A DNA stretch of 64,000 bases from a phage: assembly GCA_013585095.1 (NCBI GenBank), contig GCA_013585095.1_3039.1; one strand, written 5' to 3'. Of the stretch, positions 46,629 through 57,095 are shown one piece after another. Position 1 is the stretch's first letter. Each line of letters begins with the position of its first letter. The notes under the pieces are model-generated. The model did no database searches, was not told the DNA's origin, and saw only the letters and a program-made list of their open reading frames with translations. The position numbers were made by a program, and so were the translations under genes.

Positions 46629-47957
46629 ATGCAACTGAATAATCGCGATTTAAAAAGTATCATTGATAATGAAGCATTGGCTTATGCTATGTACACGGTT
46701 GAAAATCGTGCTATTCCAAATATGATTGATGGATTTAAGCCAGTTCAACGATTTGTTATTGCTCGAGCTCTTGATTTGGCACGAGGAAATAAAGATAAGT
46801 TTCACAAACTCGCTTCTATTGCAGGTGGTGTAGCGGACCTTGGATATCACCATGGTGAAAACTCTGCACAAGATGCGGGGGCTTTGATGGCTAACACTTG
46901 GAATAATAACTTTCCTTTATTAGATGGTCAAGGAAACTTCGGTTCTCGTACTGTCCAAAAGGCAGCAGCTAGTCGTTATATTTTTGCTCGTGTAAGTAAA
47001 AATTTCTATAACGTATATAAAGATACTGAATATGCTCCAGTACATCAAGATAAAGAACACATTCCGCCTGCTTTCTATTTGCCTATTATTCCTACTGTTC
47101 TTCTTAATGGCGTTTCCGGTATTGCAACTGGTTATGCAACTTACATTCTTCCTCATAGTGTTTCTTCTGTTAAGAAAGCTGTACTGCAAGCTCTTCAAGG
47201 AAAGAAAGTAACTAAACCGAAGGTAGAATTCCCAGAATTTCGTGGTGAAGTCGTTGAAATTGATGGGCAATATGAAATTCGTGGAACATATAAGTTTACT
47301 TCACGAACTCAAATGCATATCACTGAGATTCCGTATAAGTATGATCGTGAAACTTATGTGAGTAAAATCTTAGACCCACTTGAAGATAAAGGCTTCATTA
47401 CATGGGATGATGCTTGTGGTGAGCATGGTTTTGGATTCAAAGTTAAATTCCGTAAAGAATATTCTTTGAGCGATAATGAAGAAGAACGCCATGCAAAAAT
47501 TATGAAAGACTTCGGGTTGATTGAGCGTCGTTCTCAGAATATTACCGTCATTAATGAGAAAGGAAAACTGCAAGTTTACGATAACGTAGTTGATTTAATT
47601 AAAGACTTTGTTGAAGTTCGTAAAACTTATGTCCAAAAACGAATTGATAACAAAATCAAAGAAACTGAGTCAGCTTTTCGTTTAGCCTTTGCCAAGGCAC
47701 ATTTCATTAAGAAAGTAATTTCAGGTGAAATTGTTGTACAAGGTAAAACTCGCAAAGAACTGACCGAAGAACTTTCTAAAATTGATATGTATTCTTCTTA
47801 TGTTGATAAACTAGTTGGAATGAATATTTTTCATATGGCTTCCGACGAAGCAAAGAAACTTGCTGAAGAAGCTAAAGCTAAAAAAGAAGAAAACGAATAT
47901 TGGAAAACTACTGATGTAGTTACAGAATACACCAAAGATTTAGAGGAAATCAAATGA
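46629..47957 (+). CDS. 52: type II DNA topoisomerase medium subunit gp52
   Basis: 442 aa; GyrA/ParC-like N-terminal region. Confidence 0.9.
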   Translation: MQLNNRDLKSIIDNEALAYAMYTVENRAIPNMIDGFKPVQRFVIARALDLARGNKDKFHKLASIAGGVADLGYHHGENSAQDAGALMANTWNNNFPLLDGQGNFGSRTVQKAAASRYIFARVSKNFYNVYKDTEYAPVHQDKEHIPPAFYLPIIPTVLLNGVSGIATGYATYILPHSVSSVKKAVLQALQGKKVTKPKVEFPEFRGEVVEIDGQYEIRGTYKFTSRTQMHITEIPYKYDRETYVSKILDPLEDKGFITWDDACGEHGFGFKVKFRKEYSLSDNEEERHAKIMKDFGLIERRSQNITVINEKGKLQVYDNVVDLIKDFVEVRKTYVQKRIDNKIKETESAFRLAFAKAHFIKKVISGEIVVQGKTRKELTEELSKIDMYSSYVDKLVGMNIFHMASDEAKKLAEEAKAKKEENEYWKTTDVVTEYTKDLEEIK

Positions 47958-48103
47958 GTCCATTCATAGGTATTACAAGCGCTGCATTAGTATCCGGTAG
48001 CATTTTACTGGCGGGTTTAGGTGTTGTTCCAGCCGTAGCAGGAGGTCTTCTTGCGTTCGGAATTCAACGTGTTATCATGACAGTTATCACAGTCATGCAG
48101 TAA
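47954..48103 (+). CDS. hypothetical small membrane protein (49 aa)
   Basis: ATG overlaps gene 52 stop; Gly/Ala/Val-rich helix; followed by strong terminator. Confidence 0.35.
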   Translation: MSPFIGITSAALVSGSILLAGLGVVPAVAGGLLAFGIQRVIMTVITVMQ

Positions 48104-48108
48104 TTTTA

Positions 48109-48134
48109 GGGAGAGCCTCGGCTCTCCCTTTTTT
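48109..48134 (+). terminator. rho-independent terminator
   Basis: GGGAGAGC-CTCG-GCTCTCCC then TTTTTT. Confidence 0.85.
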
Positions 48135-48136
48135 AT

Positions 48137-48229
48137 TTTAAAATTTTTTCACAAAACGGTTTACAACCAAAGCATTCTATGGTACTATACAACTATCAAC
48201 TACTGATACAGAATTACGGAGATTAGAAA
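48137..48229 (+). promoter_or_regulatory. promoter-leader cassette copy 5 (motA promoter)
   Basis: TTTTTTCACAAAACGGTTTACA, 17 bp, TACTAT, leader ACAACTATCAACTACTGATACAGAA..GGAG..AAAATG. Confidence 0.6.
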
Positions 48230-48865
48230 ATGTCTAAAGTAACTTACATCATTAAAGCTTCTAACGATGTTCTGAATGAAAAAACTGCTGCGATTTTAAT
48301 TACCATTGCTAAGAAAGATTTCATTACAGCTGCAGAAGTTCGTGAGGTGCATCCAGATTTAGGTAACGCAGTAGTTAATAGTAATATTGGGGTATTGATT
48401 AAAAAAGGCCTGGTGGAGAAATCTGGTGATGGATTAATCATTACTGGTGAAGCTCAGGATATTATTTCAAATGCAGCAACTTTATACGCACAGGAAAACG
48501 CTCCTGAACTGCTGAAAAAACGAGCAACTCGTAAAGCTCGCGAAATTACTTCTGATATGGAAGAAGATAAAGACTTCATGTTAAAACTTTTGGATGAAAA
48601 TGGATTTGTTCTTAAAAAGGTTGAAACTTATCGTAGTAACTATCTCGCTATTTTAGAAAAACGCACTCACGGAATTCGTAATTTTGAAATTAACAACAAT
48701 GGAAATATGCGAATTTTTGGATACAAAATGATGGAACATCATATTCAGAAATTTACTGACATCGGAATGTCATGTAAAATCGCTAAAAACGGTAATGTGT
48801 ATCTTGACATTAAACGCTCGGCAGAAAACATTGAAGCAGTAATCACTGTAGCATCTGAACTGTGA
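48230..48865 (+). CDS. motA: middle-transcription activator MotA
   Basis: 211 aa; T4 synteny after gene 52. Confidence 0.88.
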   Translation: MSKVTYIIKASNDVLNEKTAAILITIAKKDFITAAEVREVHPDLGNAVVNSNIGVLIKKGLVEKSGDGLIITGEAQDIISNAATLYAQENAPELLKKRATRKAREITSDMEEDKDFMLKLLDENGFVLKKVETYRSNYLAILEKRTHGIRNFEINNNGNMRIFGYKMMEHHIQKFTDIGMSCKIAKNGNVYLDIKRSAENIEAVITVASEL

Positions 48866-48875
48866 GGAATAAATA

Positions 48876-49205
48876 ATGAACAAGTTAGAAATTGTCAATG
48901 AACTTCGTCGTTGTGCAGAACCTACTCAAGAGGGTTGGGATATTTGGTACCATGGAGCTTATCTTGGAACTATTGTAAAGATTAAGACTGGTAAATACAT
49001 GATTATTCGTGAAAGTAAAGATGCTCCAGTAGGTATTCGCAATAATTTTATGGCAGCGATAAGTTCCTTTACAGATGCAGCTTACGAAATTTACCTTGCC
49101 GATTATAAAGAATTCCAGGAATCTCAACCGGTTATTCGTTCAATTGGTGTTAACAAAGCTCAACAGAAAACTTTGTGGCAGCGTATTAAAGGATGGTTTA
49201 AATGA
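48876..49205 (+). CDS. hypothetical protein
   Basis: 109-aa ORF with GAGGAATAAATA SD. Confidence 0.5.
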   Translation: MNKLEIVNELRRCAEPTQEGWDIWYHGAYLGTIVKIKTGKYMIIRESKDAPVGIRNNFMAAISSFTDAAYEIYLADYKEFQESQPVIRSIGVNKAQQKTLWQRIKGWFK

Positions 49206-49663
49206 AAACTTTTAAAGAACGTTTAGCTCTGTTAGATAAAGCTTTATCTCGTGAGACTCCGGAAAGTCTGGCTGCTAAATTAGCTTCTTATGGTGGTGAA
49301 TATACAGAACAAAATGTTTTAGATGAAGTTCCTGAAATCTGTTGGCAGACTGCATATTGGGATGAAAACCAAAAGTATCAACGACGAATTGTCTGTGCAG
49401 CCAACCGTTTTAAATTAAAAGATGGACGAACTCTTATTATTCCAGGTGCTCGTCATTATTCTAAAGATATGGCAGAAGTTTTAGATGTAGTTAAACCTCA
49501 ATTAGTTACTCAACAAGTTTGTGATGATGACCAAGGGTTTATTGACCAATATAGTAATTATTGGACTCGCGAAGAAGCAATGATTATTGCAACTTACGCT
49601 GGACAAGTACGTATTGAACGTGGTGGTAGTGAAAAAGAACTTTACTCTGAGGACCTTTACTAA
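49202..49663 (+). CDS. hypothetical protein
   Basis: 153-aa ORF. Confidence 0.5.
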   Translation: MKTFKERLALLDKALSRETPESLAAKLASYGGEYTEQNVLDEVPEICWQTAYWDENQKYQRRIVCAANRFKLKDGRTLIIPGARHYSKDMAEVLDVVKPQLVTQQVCDDDQGFIDQYSNYWTREEAMIIATYAGQVRIERGGSEKELYSEDLY

Positions 49664-49959
49664 TGAATATTAAAAAGTTTCAAATCGATGGAATTATGAA
49701 TCAAATCCAGGCACTAGAATATGCCAATAAAATGATGTCAACTAATTGGGGAATTTATACCAATGAGCCGGGATTTAAGTTCTGTGATATGGAATTTACT
49801 AAAAAGCTTGTAGGAAAAGATTATGTATGTCCATTTAGTTCTATAATAAATGACATGCTAAAACCTGCTTTACGCGATCTTTATATTGCGATGAACGAAG
49901 AGATGATAAAAGAGCTAAAACGTCAACTGAAGGTGATTCAATTTGGCCAGGGAAATTAA
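49663..49959 (+). CDS. hypothetical protein
   Basis: 98-aa ORF. Confidence 0.5.
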   Translation: MNIKKFQIDGIMNQIQALEYANKMMSTNWGIYTNEPGFKFCDMEFTKKLVGKDYVCPFSSIINDMLKPALRDLYIAMNEEMIKELKRQLKVIQFGQGN

Positions 49960-50161
49960 TTCAAAATCTGACTATTTTAATTCTCTTAATGATAAAGATA
50001 AAAATCTAATACGGCATTTTATTGTTGAGATGGGATATACCGATACACGCGATTTAAGAGAACATATATTTGAATGTGGTGTAGCTAAAAAGTTTTCATT
50101 CACATGCAAATGTTTAAGAGAGGTAATTCAGCACTATGAACAATTTAGTCGCAAAACATAA
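49943..50161 (+). CDS. hypothetical protein
   Basis: 72-aa ORF. Confidence 0.45.
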   Translation: MAREINSKSDYFNSLNDKDKNLIRHFIVEMGYTDTRDLREHIFECGVAKKFSFTCKCLREVIQHYEQFSRKT

Positions 50162-50244
50162 TTTTAATAAAGCTTCTGTTCATAAGGATAAGAAGAAAGC
50201 GTTTAAAGAATCTAATCGCAAACAGAAACATAAGGGGAAGGTCT

Positions 50245-50523
50245 ATGATTATTGATTCTCAGTCCGTGGTTCAATATACAATCAAAATTGATATTCTAGA
50301 AAAGCTATATAAGTTTCTACCAAATTTATACCACTCAATTGTTAATGAATTAGTTGAAGAACTACATCTTGAGAATAATGATTTCTTGATTGGAACTTAT
50401 AAAGACCTCTCAAAAGCAGGATATTTTTACGTAATTCCAGCTCCAGGAAAAAGTATTGATGATGTATTAAAAACTATAATGATTTACGTCCATGATTATG
50501 AAATTGAAGATTATTTCGAATGA
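50245..50523 (+). CDS. arn: Arn-like protein (anti-restriction nuclease position)
   Basis: 92 aa, acidic, located just upstream of asiA; assignment by size and position. Confidence 0.45.
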   Translation: MIIDSQSVVQYTIKIDILEKLYKFLPNLYHSIVNELVEELHLENNDFLIGTYKDLSKAGYFYVIPAPGKSIDDVLKTIMIYVHDYEIEDYFE

Positions 50524-50672
50524 GTCATAATCTTGAAAAAGTAATCGAGCATAATGTAGCTCAGGAACGTAAGTCGTTCAAGGAATTCGTAGAAAAAATT
50601 TTTGAAGAAAATAACACAGACCAGTTTACAAATCAAGCGTCTGATGATATTATAACAAAGTCAACTAATTGA
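50520..50672 (+). CDS. hypothetical small protein (50 aa)
   Basis: ATG overlaps previous stop (ATGA); read from sequence. Confidence 0.3.
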   Translation: MSHNLEKVIEHNVAQERKSFKEFVEKIFEENNTDQFTNQASDDIITKSTN

Positions 50673-50684
50673 GTGGTATAGTTA

Positions 50685-50957
50685 ATGAATAAAAATATTG
50701 ATACAGTTCGTGAAATTATTACTGTTGCGTCTATTTTGATTAAATTTTCCAGAGAAGATATTGTTGAGAATCGTGCTAATTTTATTGCATTTCTGAATGA
50801 GATTGGAGTAACGCATGAAGGTAGAAAGTTAAATCAGAATTCATTCCGTAAAATTGTTTCTGAATTAACTCAGGAAGATAAGAAAACCCTCATCGACGAA
50901 TTCAACGAGGGTTTTGAGGGTGTATATCGATATCTAGAGATGTATACGAACAAATAA
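50685..50957 (+). CDS. asiA: anti-sigma70 factor AsiA
   Basis: 90 aa; N-terminus MNKNIDTVREIITVASILIKF as I recall T4 AsiA; position next to t. Confidence 0.8.
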   Translation: MNKNIDTVREIITVASILIKFSREDIVENRANFIAFLNEIGVTHEGRKLNQNSFRKIVSELTQEDKKTLIDEFNEGFEGVYRYLEMYTNK

Positions 50958-51614
50958 TTATTTAGCCCTTCCTAATATTCTGGCCGCCTGAGCACATATT
51001 GATTCAAGGCGGTCATTACTTATATGATCATTTCTATACCAGTACATGGTTATTGTTCCAGCATAGATATTATCCAAATTAAAATATGGACAACTGTACA
51101 TGTAGTTTATTTCGGGAGTAGGCTTTTTAGTTGGTAAAAAAGCAAATTTTGAGTTGGAATAATAATGACGTCCATTTAAATGAACTGCATATTCATCCAT
51201 AGTTTTATCAACAGGATATCCTCCAAGTGATTTTTCACTTATTGTTGAAGGTAATTTTCCTTCATATGCTATAATATCAACAAAATAGTTTAAGTTTTTA
51301 GGGCGGAAAGAATACACCGCACTAAAGTCTGCCTCAGATGATATGTGAACTATCTGGAGTTGTTCCAGGGCGACAGATTCAAAGCGTGCATTTCTTTCCT
51401 TTTCAATAATTTCACTGTATGTTTCATACTTTGATTGCTTATAGTACTCAAAGAAACTATCTCCCCTATACCAAACAATCGCCATCATAAACAAAAGAAT
51501 TACGACAGCTACCCGGGAAGCAAGAACTTTCCCGGTAGCGTTATCTTTGAACAAGCGATCTAGAACACCAAATAGAATATCAGAGGGCGAAAGTGATATT
51601 CTAGGTGCTGCCAT
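50958..51614 (-). CDS. t: holin T
   Basis: 218 aa; single N-terminal TM segment and large periplasmic domain; convergent with asiA. Confidence 0.9.
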   Translation of the reverse strand: MAAPRISLSPSDILFGVLDRLFKDNATGKVLASRVAVVILLFMMAIVWYRGDSFFEYYKQSKYETYSEIIEKERNARFESVALEQLQIVHISSEADFSAVYSFRPKNLNYFVDIIAYEGKLPSTISEKSLGGYPVDKTMDEYAVHLNGRHYYSNSKFAFLPTKKPTPEINYMYSCPYFNLDNIYAGTITMYWYRNDHISNDRLESICAQAARILGRAK

Positions 51615-51646
51615 AGACCCTCCTTTTAAGGATATTTATTCAAAAA

Positions 51647-52432
51647 TTATACTCTTGAACCATATATTGTGCCAACTTTAGTCCAAGTTGGAGCATTACC
51701 AGTAACAGCTTTACCAGCCGCACCGCCGTTATATTCTGATCCTTGACCACGAATATTACATTTACCACCTGCGGCACCAGCATCACCGCCGTTTCCGCCA
51801 TTGTAGATACCGTTTACAGACCCTTTACCGGGTGCAGAAATAGTACCAGCAGTAGCACCTTGTTCCATATTAGCAGACCCACCAGCAGCGCCAAATGGAC
51901 GACCGCCGCCACCGCCAAAGGTTAATCTCATTTGTGAAAAAGGAGAATAATACCCGCCGCCACCGCCGCCACCGCCGCCTGCGATAACACCATTGTTGTT
52001 AATACGTAATCTAGTTCCAATTCCGTTATTTATTGCAGTTCCTCCTGCTCCACCAGCAGAGTTATTTCCGCCATTCCCGCCGCGACCCCAAACATGCACG
52101 CCTGAATTGATATTAAGTGTCACGTATGCATTAGTTAATGAGCTAGGAAAATCTAAGCACGGTTGACCTGTCGATGAAGAAACGATATTGCCTGTAATTG
52201 TAATAACAACAGGAGTACTTCCTTGGGCTTTTATCCAATTTATTAGTGTGTCTTTATTGTAAGAATTGCTAGCACCAATGCTATAATATACTTCTTTAGA
52301 TTGCCCAGCCATTGAACTCATCCAACCGGGAACTGAAACACGAACAGCTTTCATAGCAGCATCCATCCAGCGTTGTCCAGTTTCATTCACGGCAGATTCG
52401 CCAATCCAGCCAGGAACACCTACAATTGCCAT
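51647..52432 (-). CDS. 38: long tail fiber adhesin gp38 (T2-type)
   Basis: 261 aa with glycine-rich motifs (GGNGGNNSAGGAGG, GGGGGGGGGYY, GGGGGRPFGAAGG) between variable segments; downstream of gene 37. Confidence 0.85.
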   Translation of the reverse strand: MAIVGVPGWIGESAVNETGQRWMDAAMKAVRVSVPGWMSSMAGQSKEVYYSIGASNSYNKDTLINWIKAQGSTPVVITITGNIVSSSTGQPCLDFPSSLTNAYVTLNINSGVHVWGRGGNGGNNSAGGAGGTAINNGIGTRLRINNNGVIAGGGGGGGGGYYSPFSQMRLTFGGGGGRPFGAAGGSANMEQGATAGTISAPGKGSVNGIYNGGNGGDAGAAGGKCNIRGQGSEYNGGAAGKAVTGNAPTWTKVGTIYGSRV

Positions 52433-52444
52433 TAAAAATCCTTA

Positions 52445-52460
52445 GAGGGCCGAAGCCCTC
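52445..52460 (-). other. intercistronic RNA hairpin between genes 37 and 38
   Basis: minus-strand GAGGGC-UUCG-GCCCUC followed by AAGGA SD of gene 38. Confidence 0.5.
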
Positions 52461-52462
52461 TT

Positions 52463-55400
52463 TTACATAAGTTTAGATTCAAGTTCTTTTACACGAGCAG
52501 AAAGTGTTTTCACAGCTTCAACTAGAAGAGCAATCTGGGATTGAGAAGAAACAGTGAGTATTTTATTACCCTTAATATCTTCAACTTCACGAACTGCTTC
52601 TGGTAAAACATCTTGCAGTGTTTGAGCCACAATACCCGCTTCAGTCTGAACAATTTCACCGCCTATATAGTCAGCTTTATCATAGATTAAACCATCAAGC
52701 TGTTCAACCTTTTCAAGAGCATTTTCAATAGGTCTGAAATTAGATTTCAAATGAATATCAGAACGAATATAAACGTTTGGTGCATTTATATTCATGTCAG
52801 AATAAGTGTCACCCGACTGAAATCTCATTCGGCGTGCGGCGTTAGTAATGATATCAAGAATTCCGTCACCGGATTGTTTAATTCCAGTATCATTATCACC
52901 AAATGCTATACTATTTCCACCAAGTGCGTTATTGATATTAATACCAAATGAATTTGTTTGATTAATACCAGCTACAGTAGCATTATTTACTACAAAGCGG
53001 TTAGCTCCACCTGGAGTCTTTTCAAAGTAAGCAATATAGTTAGTTTCATCTGCAATTTCAATGCGGTTACCGCGAGAAGCATCGCCAGCATGAAATATTC
53101 TCATATTTCTCGGGTTAGCACCAGACTTATCAAAGTTAATGCTTCCATTATTTTTGATGTTAAGGCCATTATAAAACTCTGATGCCCCAGAAACGCTCAT
53201 AGAGTTTGAAATAGTTACTTTACCTGAAGCGATATTGATAGAAAAAGGTCTCAAGCTATTATAAGAACCCGAGGCTTTAGTTTTATCAGTATCGGTATTT
53301 TTATCTGTTAATAATATGTGGAACGTAGTACCATCATTATAAAACAGAGCAGCTGCAGAGCCACTTTCGTCGCCGTTAGATTTGTGACGGTATCCTATAG
53401 TAGTATTTGCCACAAAAGTTGCATTTGTAGAAATATTAGAACTACCCGCGTCAAAAACGCCTGAGCTATTATTAAGAAGTTTAAAAACACGACCTTTAAC
53501 AATATCTACAGGAAGCTCTTCTACCGGTGATTGCGTAGGCCCATATAATCCATGAACTACCACAGAAGCATTTTCTGAAGTGCTATATTCTATGGTAAGT
53601 CTATTTAAATAAGTGCCACAACTAATATAAACATCATACTCATCGCCTGAGGTATTAATATACGCAATATCTTTAATAGCATCTGTTTCACGTTGCCACA
53701 AAACACCGTTAATTCCTTTAGGTGTATTATTACCAGAACGTAATACAATTTCATTAATTGTTGCTTGTTTGAAAATACCAACGTTAAAACCGGAACCGCC
53801 TGTTATTTTAAATTGGACCGTAGCTACACCTTGAGGCATAGTTACTGTTGCCAATTTATACCAACCGCTTACAGAAGAATAGTTAATCCAGCCGGTAGTT
53901 ACTTTATGGTTTAAAGTCGTATCTAAGTTAGCAAAATTGCCAGAACCACCGGTAATATTACCAGTTCTATCAAATCTGACTTTGCCTGCTATTAAATCGC
54001 GAGGTGAAATAAAATCACCGTTTTTAATAAATTCCCATCCAAAATCAGCAGTCTGTGGACCTGTAGAACCGTTATCTCCGCCGCCATGGTAATGAACTCG
54101 GAAATTACCATTATTAATTAAAGTCCCTAATGAATAGCAGCCGTTGCCTTGAACATATCGTTGTTTCAAAATCGGAACATATGTACTAGTATCAGTTCTA
54201 TCAATATTCATATAGAACGGCGCACGGACATTTTCATTATTCTGAGAAGCAAATGAACCCGCGCCTGCCGGGCGAACAGCATCAGTACATTCTGCATCAA
54301 TGTACGCAGCCTGACCTATCTGCATACGATAATTAGGAGAAATACGACTATGACTAGTAACAACAACAAGTTTATTATCGTTGTCTACGGTAATCATATT
54401 GCCACCTCTACCATCATCGCCTAACGTGACAGAATGACGCATTTGTACCATACCGTTATTAAGGCTGATACTTAACGGGCGAAGATTACTTATTCCACCA
54501 CTTTCACCAGCATCTTTAGGGGTTGGAATAATATGCAATGATGCTTCTGAACGACGGAAAATAGCACCATATTCAGCATTCCAAATTCTTAATGCATCTG
54601 CCGTTCCACCAAATTTAGCCTGACCATTTACAGATAATCCATTATTTGCAACTAAACTTGATTCAGTAACAATAGAACCAGATGATGTAATACCACCACC
54701 GGTTAATAATGCTCCAGCAACTCTAAATTGAATTACTCCAGTTGTTGAACCTGGTGCAGGAGCTATACGTTGCGCATAAAAATAATAACCTTGTCCATCA
54801 GCTACTTCAAAAACTGATTCACGAGTGCGATCGCCAGATGCGTTAAATGAATTACCCCACGCTTTAATAGATACATAACTTTTATTCTGACCTGCGCGAG
54901 TACCACCAGCCCACAGTATAGTTTTAGTGCCATCTACTGATGTAGGCGCATCAAGTTGAATACCATCAGGTCTAGCACCAGTAAGAACTAATCCGTTATC
55001 AAATTTAATTCTTTGTATTGAAGATACTGTTCCATTAGCATAAAACTGTACGTTATTAGAGCCAGTTACCAATTTCAAAATACCAGGGTTAATTTCCATA
55101 CCTTCCTGCGTATTAATGTTGGTTTGGCCTTTACCGCGGAAATAATGGGAAAATTTACCGCCAGAATTATATCCAATGTGGGTTTGACCATCGCCTGCGT
55201 TATTCACATCTGCCTGGGTTTGAACAGACAAGAGAGCAGCGTTCGTTCCAGGCATTGTCCAGGTTCCGCCTTGGTCTTCTGAACGTCCAAATAAACCTTT
55301 GCGAGTACTGCGGAAACTGTCAGGAGTAATAGAAGCAACAGAATTCCAATTACCTACTAAATCATAAACACCTTGCTTAATATATTTTAAACCGGTTGCA

Positions 55401-56362
55401 GCATCACCCAAAGCAATATATCTTTCTCCCATTGGAGTAGGAGAGCCGTAGTTGTTAGTATTTTCGTCAGTGGTAATTGTGCCAATAGCAAGTGAACGAC
55501 GTAATACCATTGCGCCATCATTACGAAGACCCATTAATTTAGTAGTAAGTGTATTTCCGGTCCACCAAGAAATTTCATCATTTTTACCGGTTTGAGCTGA
55601 AGCGATTTCATGGTAAATAGTTCCGCCTGATTTAGCTCGAACTTTACGAAGATAGTTTATACCGTTTTCTTCACCGGTTCCAGGATAAACATATTGAACT
55701 AATGATTGCGAATCGTATTGTCCAAATGCTTTTGTGTCTAAAACAATGGTTTTCGTATTAACTTGTGGAGCAGAAACTATTCCAGTAGCTGAATTAATAT
55801 TGCCTGAAGCGGAAATATTACCTTTGCTGACAAATAAATCGCCTGTGTCAACTTGGAAATTACCATTACGATTAAAAGTCCAATATTTCGAATCCCCAGA
55901 TTCATTGATGTAATGAATCTTAAAACTTCCTTCAGCAACCAATGTACCCGCTGAAAAAGTTCCATCTTTATAGCGTTGCTTAATGAGTGGATGATATTCT
56001 GAAATAGAAGTAGTTGAACTTAAATCTGTAAAGATAGGAGCTTTATTTAGGTGTTGATTTGCCCACGCACCATTACCAGCTGTTTTAGGTAAAAATTCAA
56101 TATATTTTCCTGCATAAACAAACTGATTTCCATTGAGATTGTATGTACCGTTCTGTAAATAATCTCCAGTTTGAGTGATATTACCACTGATATTACCGCC
56201 AGTGGAAATGCTTAAGTCAATGATATTTCCTGAATCATCTTTAGTAAAAAGAGTACGGTCTTTTAAGTTTATAGCCAATTCGCCTTCGGCTAATACTGAA
56301 GCAGCAGGACGTGCACCTGCGATTTTGCTTCTTTTAAATTGTATTTGTTTTAAAGTAGCCAT
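52463..56362 (-). CDS. 37: long tail fiber distal subunit gp37 with C-terminal intramolecular chaperone-like domain
   Basis: 1299 aa; conserved N-terminus [16 protein letters not shown]; C-terminal about 100 aa start SDIHLK (Ser..Lys dyad spacing of S74-type self-cleaving chaperones). Confidence 0.9.
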   Translation of the reverse strand: MATLKQIQFKRSKIAGARPAASVLAEGELAINLKDRTLFTKDDSGNIIDLSISTGGNISGNITQTGDYLQNGTYNLNGNQFVYAGKYIEFLPKTAGNGAWANQHLNKAPIFTDLSSTTSISEYHPLIKQRYKDGTFSAGTLVAEGSFKIHYINESGDSKYWTFNRNGNFQVDTGDLFVSKGNISASGNINSATGIVSAPQVNTKTIVLDTKAFGQYDSQSLVQYVYPGTGEENGINYLRKVRAKSGGTIYHEIASAQTGKNDEISWWTGNTLTTKLMGLRNDGAMVLRRSLAIGTITTDENTNNYGSPTPMGERYIALGDAATGLKYIKQGVYDLVGNWNSVASITPDSFRSTRKGLFGRSEDQGGTWTMPGTNAALLSVQTQADVNNAGDGQTHIGYNSGGKFSHYFRGKGQTNINTQEGMEINPGILKLVTGSNNVQFYANGTVSSIQRIKFDNGLVLTGARPDGIQLDAPTSVDGTKTILWAGGTRAGQNKSYVSIKAWGNSFNASGDRTRESVFEVADGQGYYFYAQRIAPAPGSTTGVIQFRVAGALLTGGGITSSGSIVTESSLVANNGLSVNGQAKFGGTADALRIWNAEYGAIFRRSEASLHIIPTPKDAGESGGISNLRPLSISLNNGMVQMRHSVTLGDDGRGGNMITVDNDNKLVVVTSHSRISPNYRMQIGQAAYIDAECTDAVRPAGAGSFASQNNENVRAPFYMNIDRTDTSTYVPILKQRYVQGNGCYSLGTLINNGNFRVHYHGGGDNGSTGPQTADFGWEFIKNGDFISPRDLIAGKVRFDRTGNITGGSGNFANLDTTLNHKVTTGWINYSSVSGWYKLATVTMPQGVATVQFKITGGSGFNVGIFKQATINEIVLRSGNNTPKGINGVLWQRETDAIKDIAYINTSGDEYDVYISCGTYLNRLTIEYSTSENASVVVHGLYGPTQSPVEELPVDIVKGRVFKLLNNSSGVFDAGSSNISTNATFVANTTIGYRHKSNGDESGSAAALFYNDGTTFHILLTDKNTDTDKTKASGSYNSLRPFSINIASGKVTISNSMSVSGASEFYNGLNIKNNGSINFDKSGANPRNMRIFHAGDASRGNRIEIADETNYIAYFEKTPGGANRFVVNNATVAGINQTNSFGININNALGGNSIAFGDNDTGIKQSGDGILDIITNAARRMRFQSGDTYSDMNINAPNVYIRSDIHLKSNFRPIENALEKVEQLDGLIYDKADYIGGEIVQTEAGIVAQTLQDVLPEAVREVEDIKGNKILTVSSQSQIALLVEAVKTLSARVKELESKLM

Positions 56363-56370
56363 AAGTCCTC

Positions 56371-57033
56371 TTAATAATAGCCGAAATCTTGAACAGAATC
56401 CTTAATTACGATTTGGTCAAATCGTGGAACGTGTGAAGGTTGAGATGCAGGATTCTGCGAAAAAAAGTTTGGTGCGGTTAAGTTTCCCGTCATAGTGTCA
56501 CCAGATCGTAACACTCTAGAGTTAGCATTTGCCGTAACAGTATTTATTGCTCCATCAACATAGTCCTTTCTAGTAAGGTCATTTGCTGATACAGGAGAAA
56601 CTGCATTACTTCTTATTTGACCTACTGCTGTCACAACGCCTTTTGTACTAATATCACCATTACGTGCATTAATTACAACAGTTCGGTCTGCTGAACCTTG
56701 TGATGATTTAAAACCAATACCATTCCACGAAACGATGTCAATATTTGCCATAGCAAAAGTAGCTGCATCACCGTTACCTGGATAAACACCGCACTGTTGA
56801 CTACTACCTATAGTAGGAACATGTACTCCTCCATTAAATCGAACAGTCGCGGCGTAAGTACCACCATTAGCTTTAGAAACAAAATCGTTATCAACAGCTT
56901 GTGGTTTATTGTATTCTGAATATATTTTAAATGATTTATAGAGTACATCGTCACCAGCTGGATTCAATGGAAAATTTCCTTGATGCCAAATGACAGAGCC
57001 TCCGGTTGTTGAACCTACTTTTAAATCAGCCAT
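56371..57033 (-). CDS. 36: long tail fiber distal connector gp36
   Basis: 220 aa; synteny 35-36-37. Confidence 0.88.
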   Translation of the reverse strand: MADLKVGSTTGGSVIWHQGNFPLNPAGDDVLYKSFKIYSEYNKPQAVDNDFVSKANGGTYAATVRFNGGVHVPTIGSSQQCGVYPGNGDAATFAMANIDIVSWNGIGFKSSQGSADRTVVINARNGDISTKGVVTAVGQIRSNAVSPVSANDLTRKDYVDGAINTVTANANSRVLRSGDTMTGNLTAPNFFSQNPASQPSHVPRFDQIVIKDSVQDFGYY

Positions 57034-57061
57034 TGTATGCCCCTTTATTTTAATAGTATTT

Positions 57062-57091
57062 ATAAAGAAAAAGGGAACCCGAAGGCTCCCT
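57062..57091 (-). terminator. minus-strand rho-independent terminator after gene 35
   Basis: minus-strand GGGAGCC-UUCG-GGUUCCC (one G-U pair) followed by UUUUUCUUU. Confidence 0.6.
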
Positions 57092-57095
57092 CAAT

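Noticed and set aside
3637-48134. The recurring GGGCTTCGGCCC-type hairpins as a possible REP-like mobile repeat family
   Set aside because: Stems differ in sequence while preserving structure and the UUCG-type tetraloop, and each sits right after a stop codon with a U tract; this fits conserved intrinsic terminators or RNA-stability hairpins, not a mobile repeat.
51900-52000. GC-rich GGN/GCC repeat DNA (CCGCCGCCACCGCCGCC) that could be mistaken for a simple-sequence repeat or CRISPR-like array
   Set aside because: It is in frame within gene 38 and encodes the poly-glycine motifs of the adhesin; no spacer/repeat architecture.
52751-53182. Plus-strand ORFs inside tail fiber genes (52751..52951, 52958..53182, 55777..55965, 56175..56405, 58252..58509, 60431..60673)
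   Set aside because: Frame shadows within genes 37 and 34; the Cys/Ser-rich peptide at 60431..60673 merely reflects the 120-bp coding repeats of gene 34.
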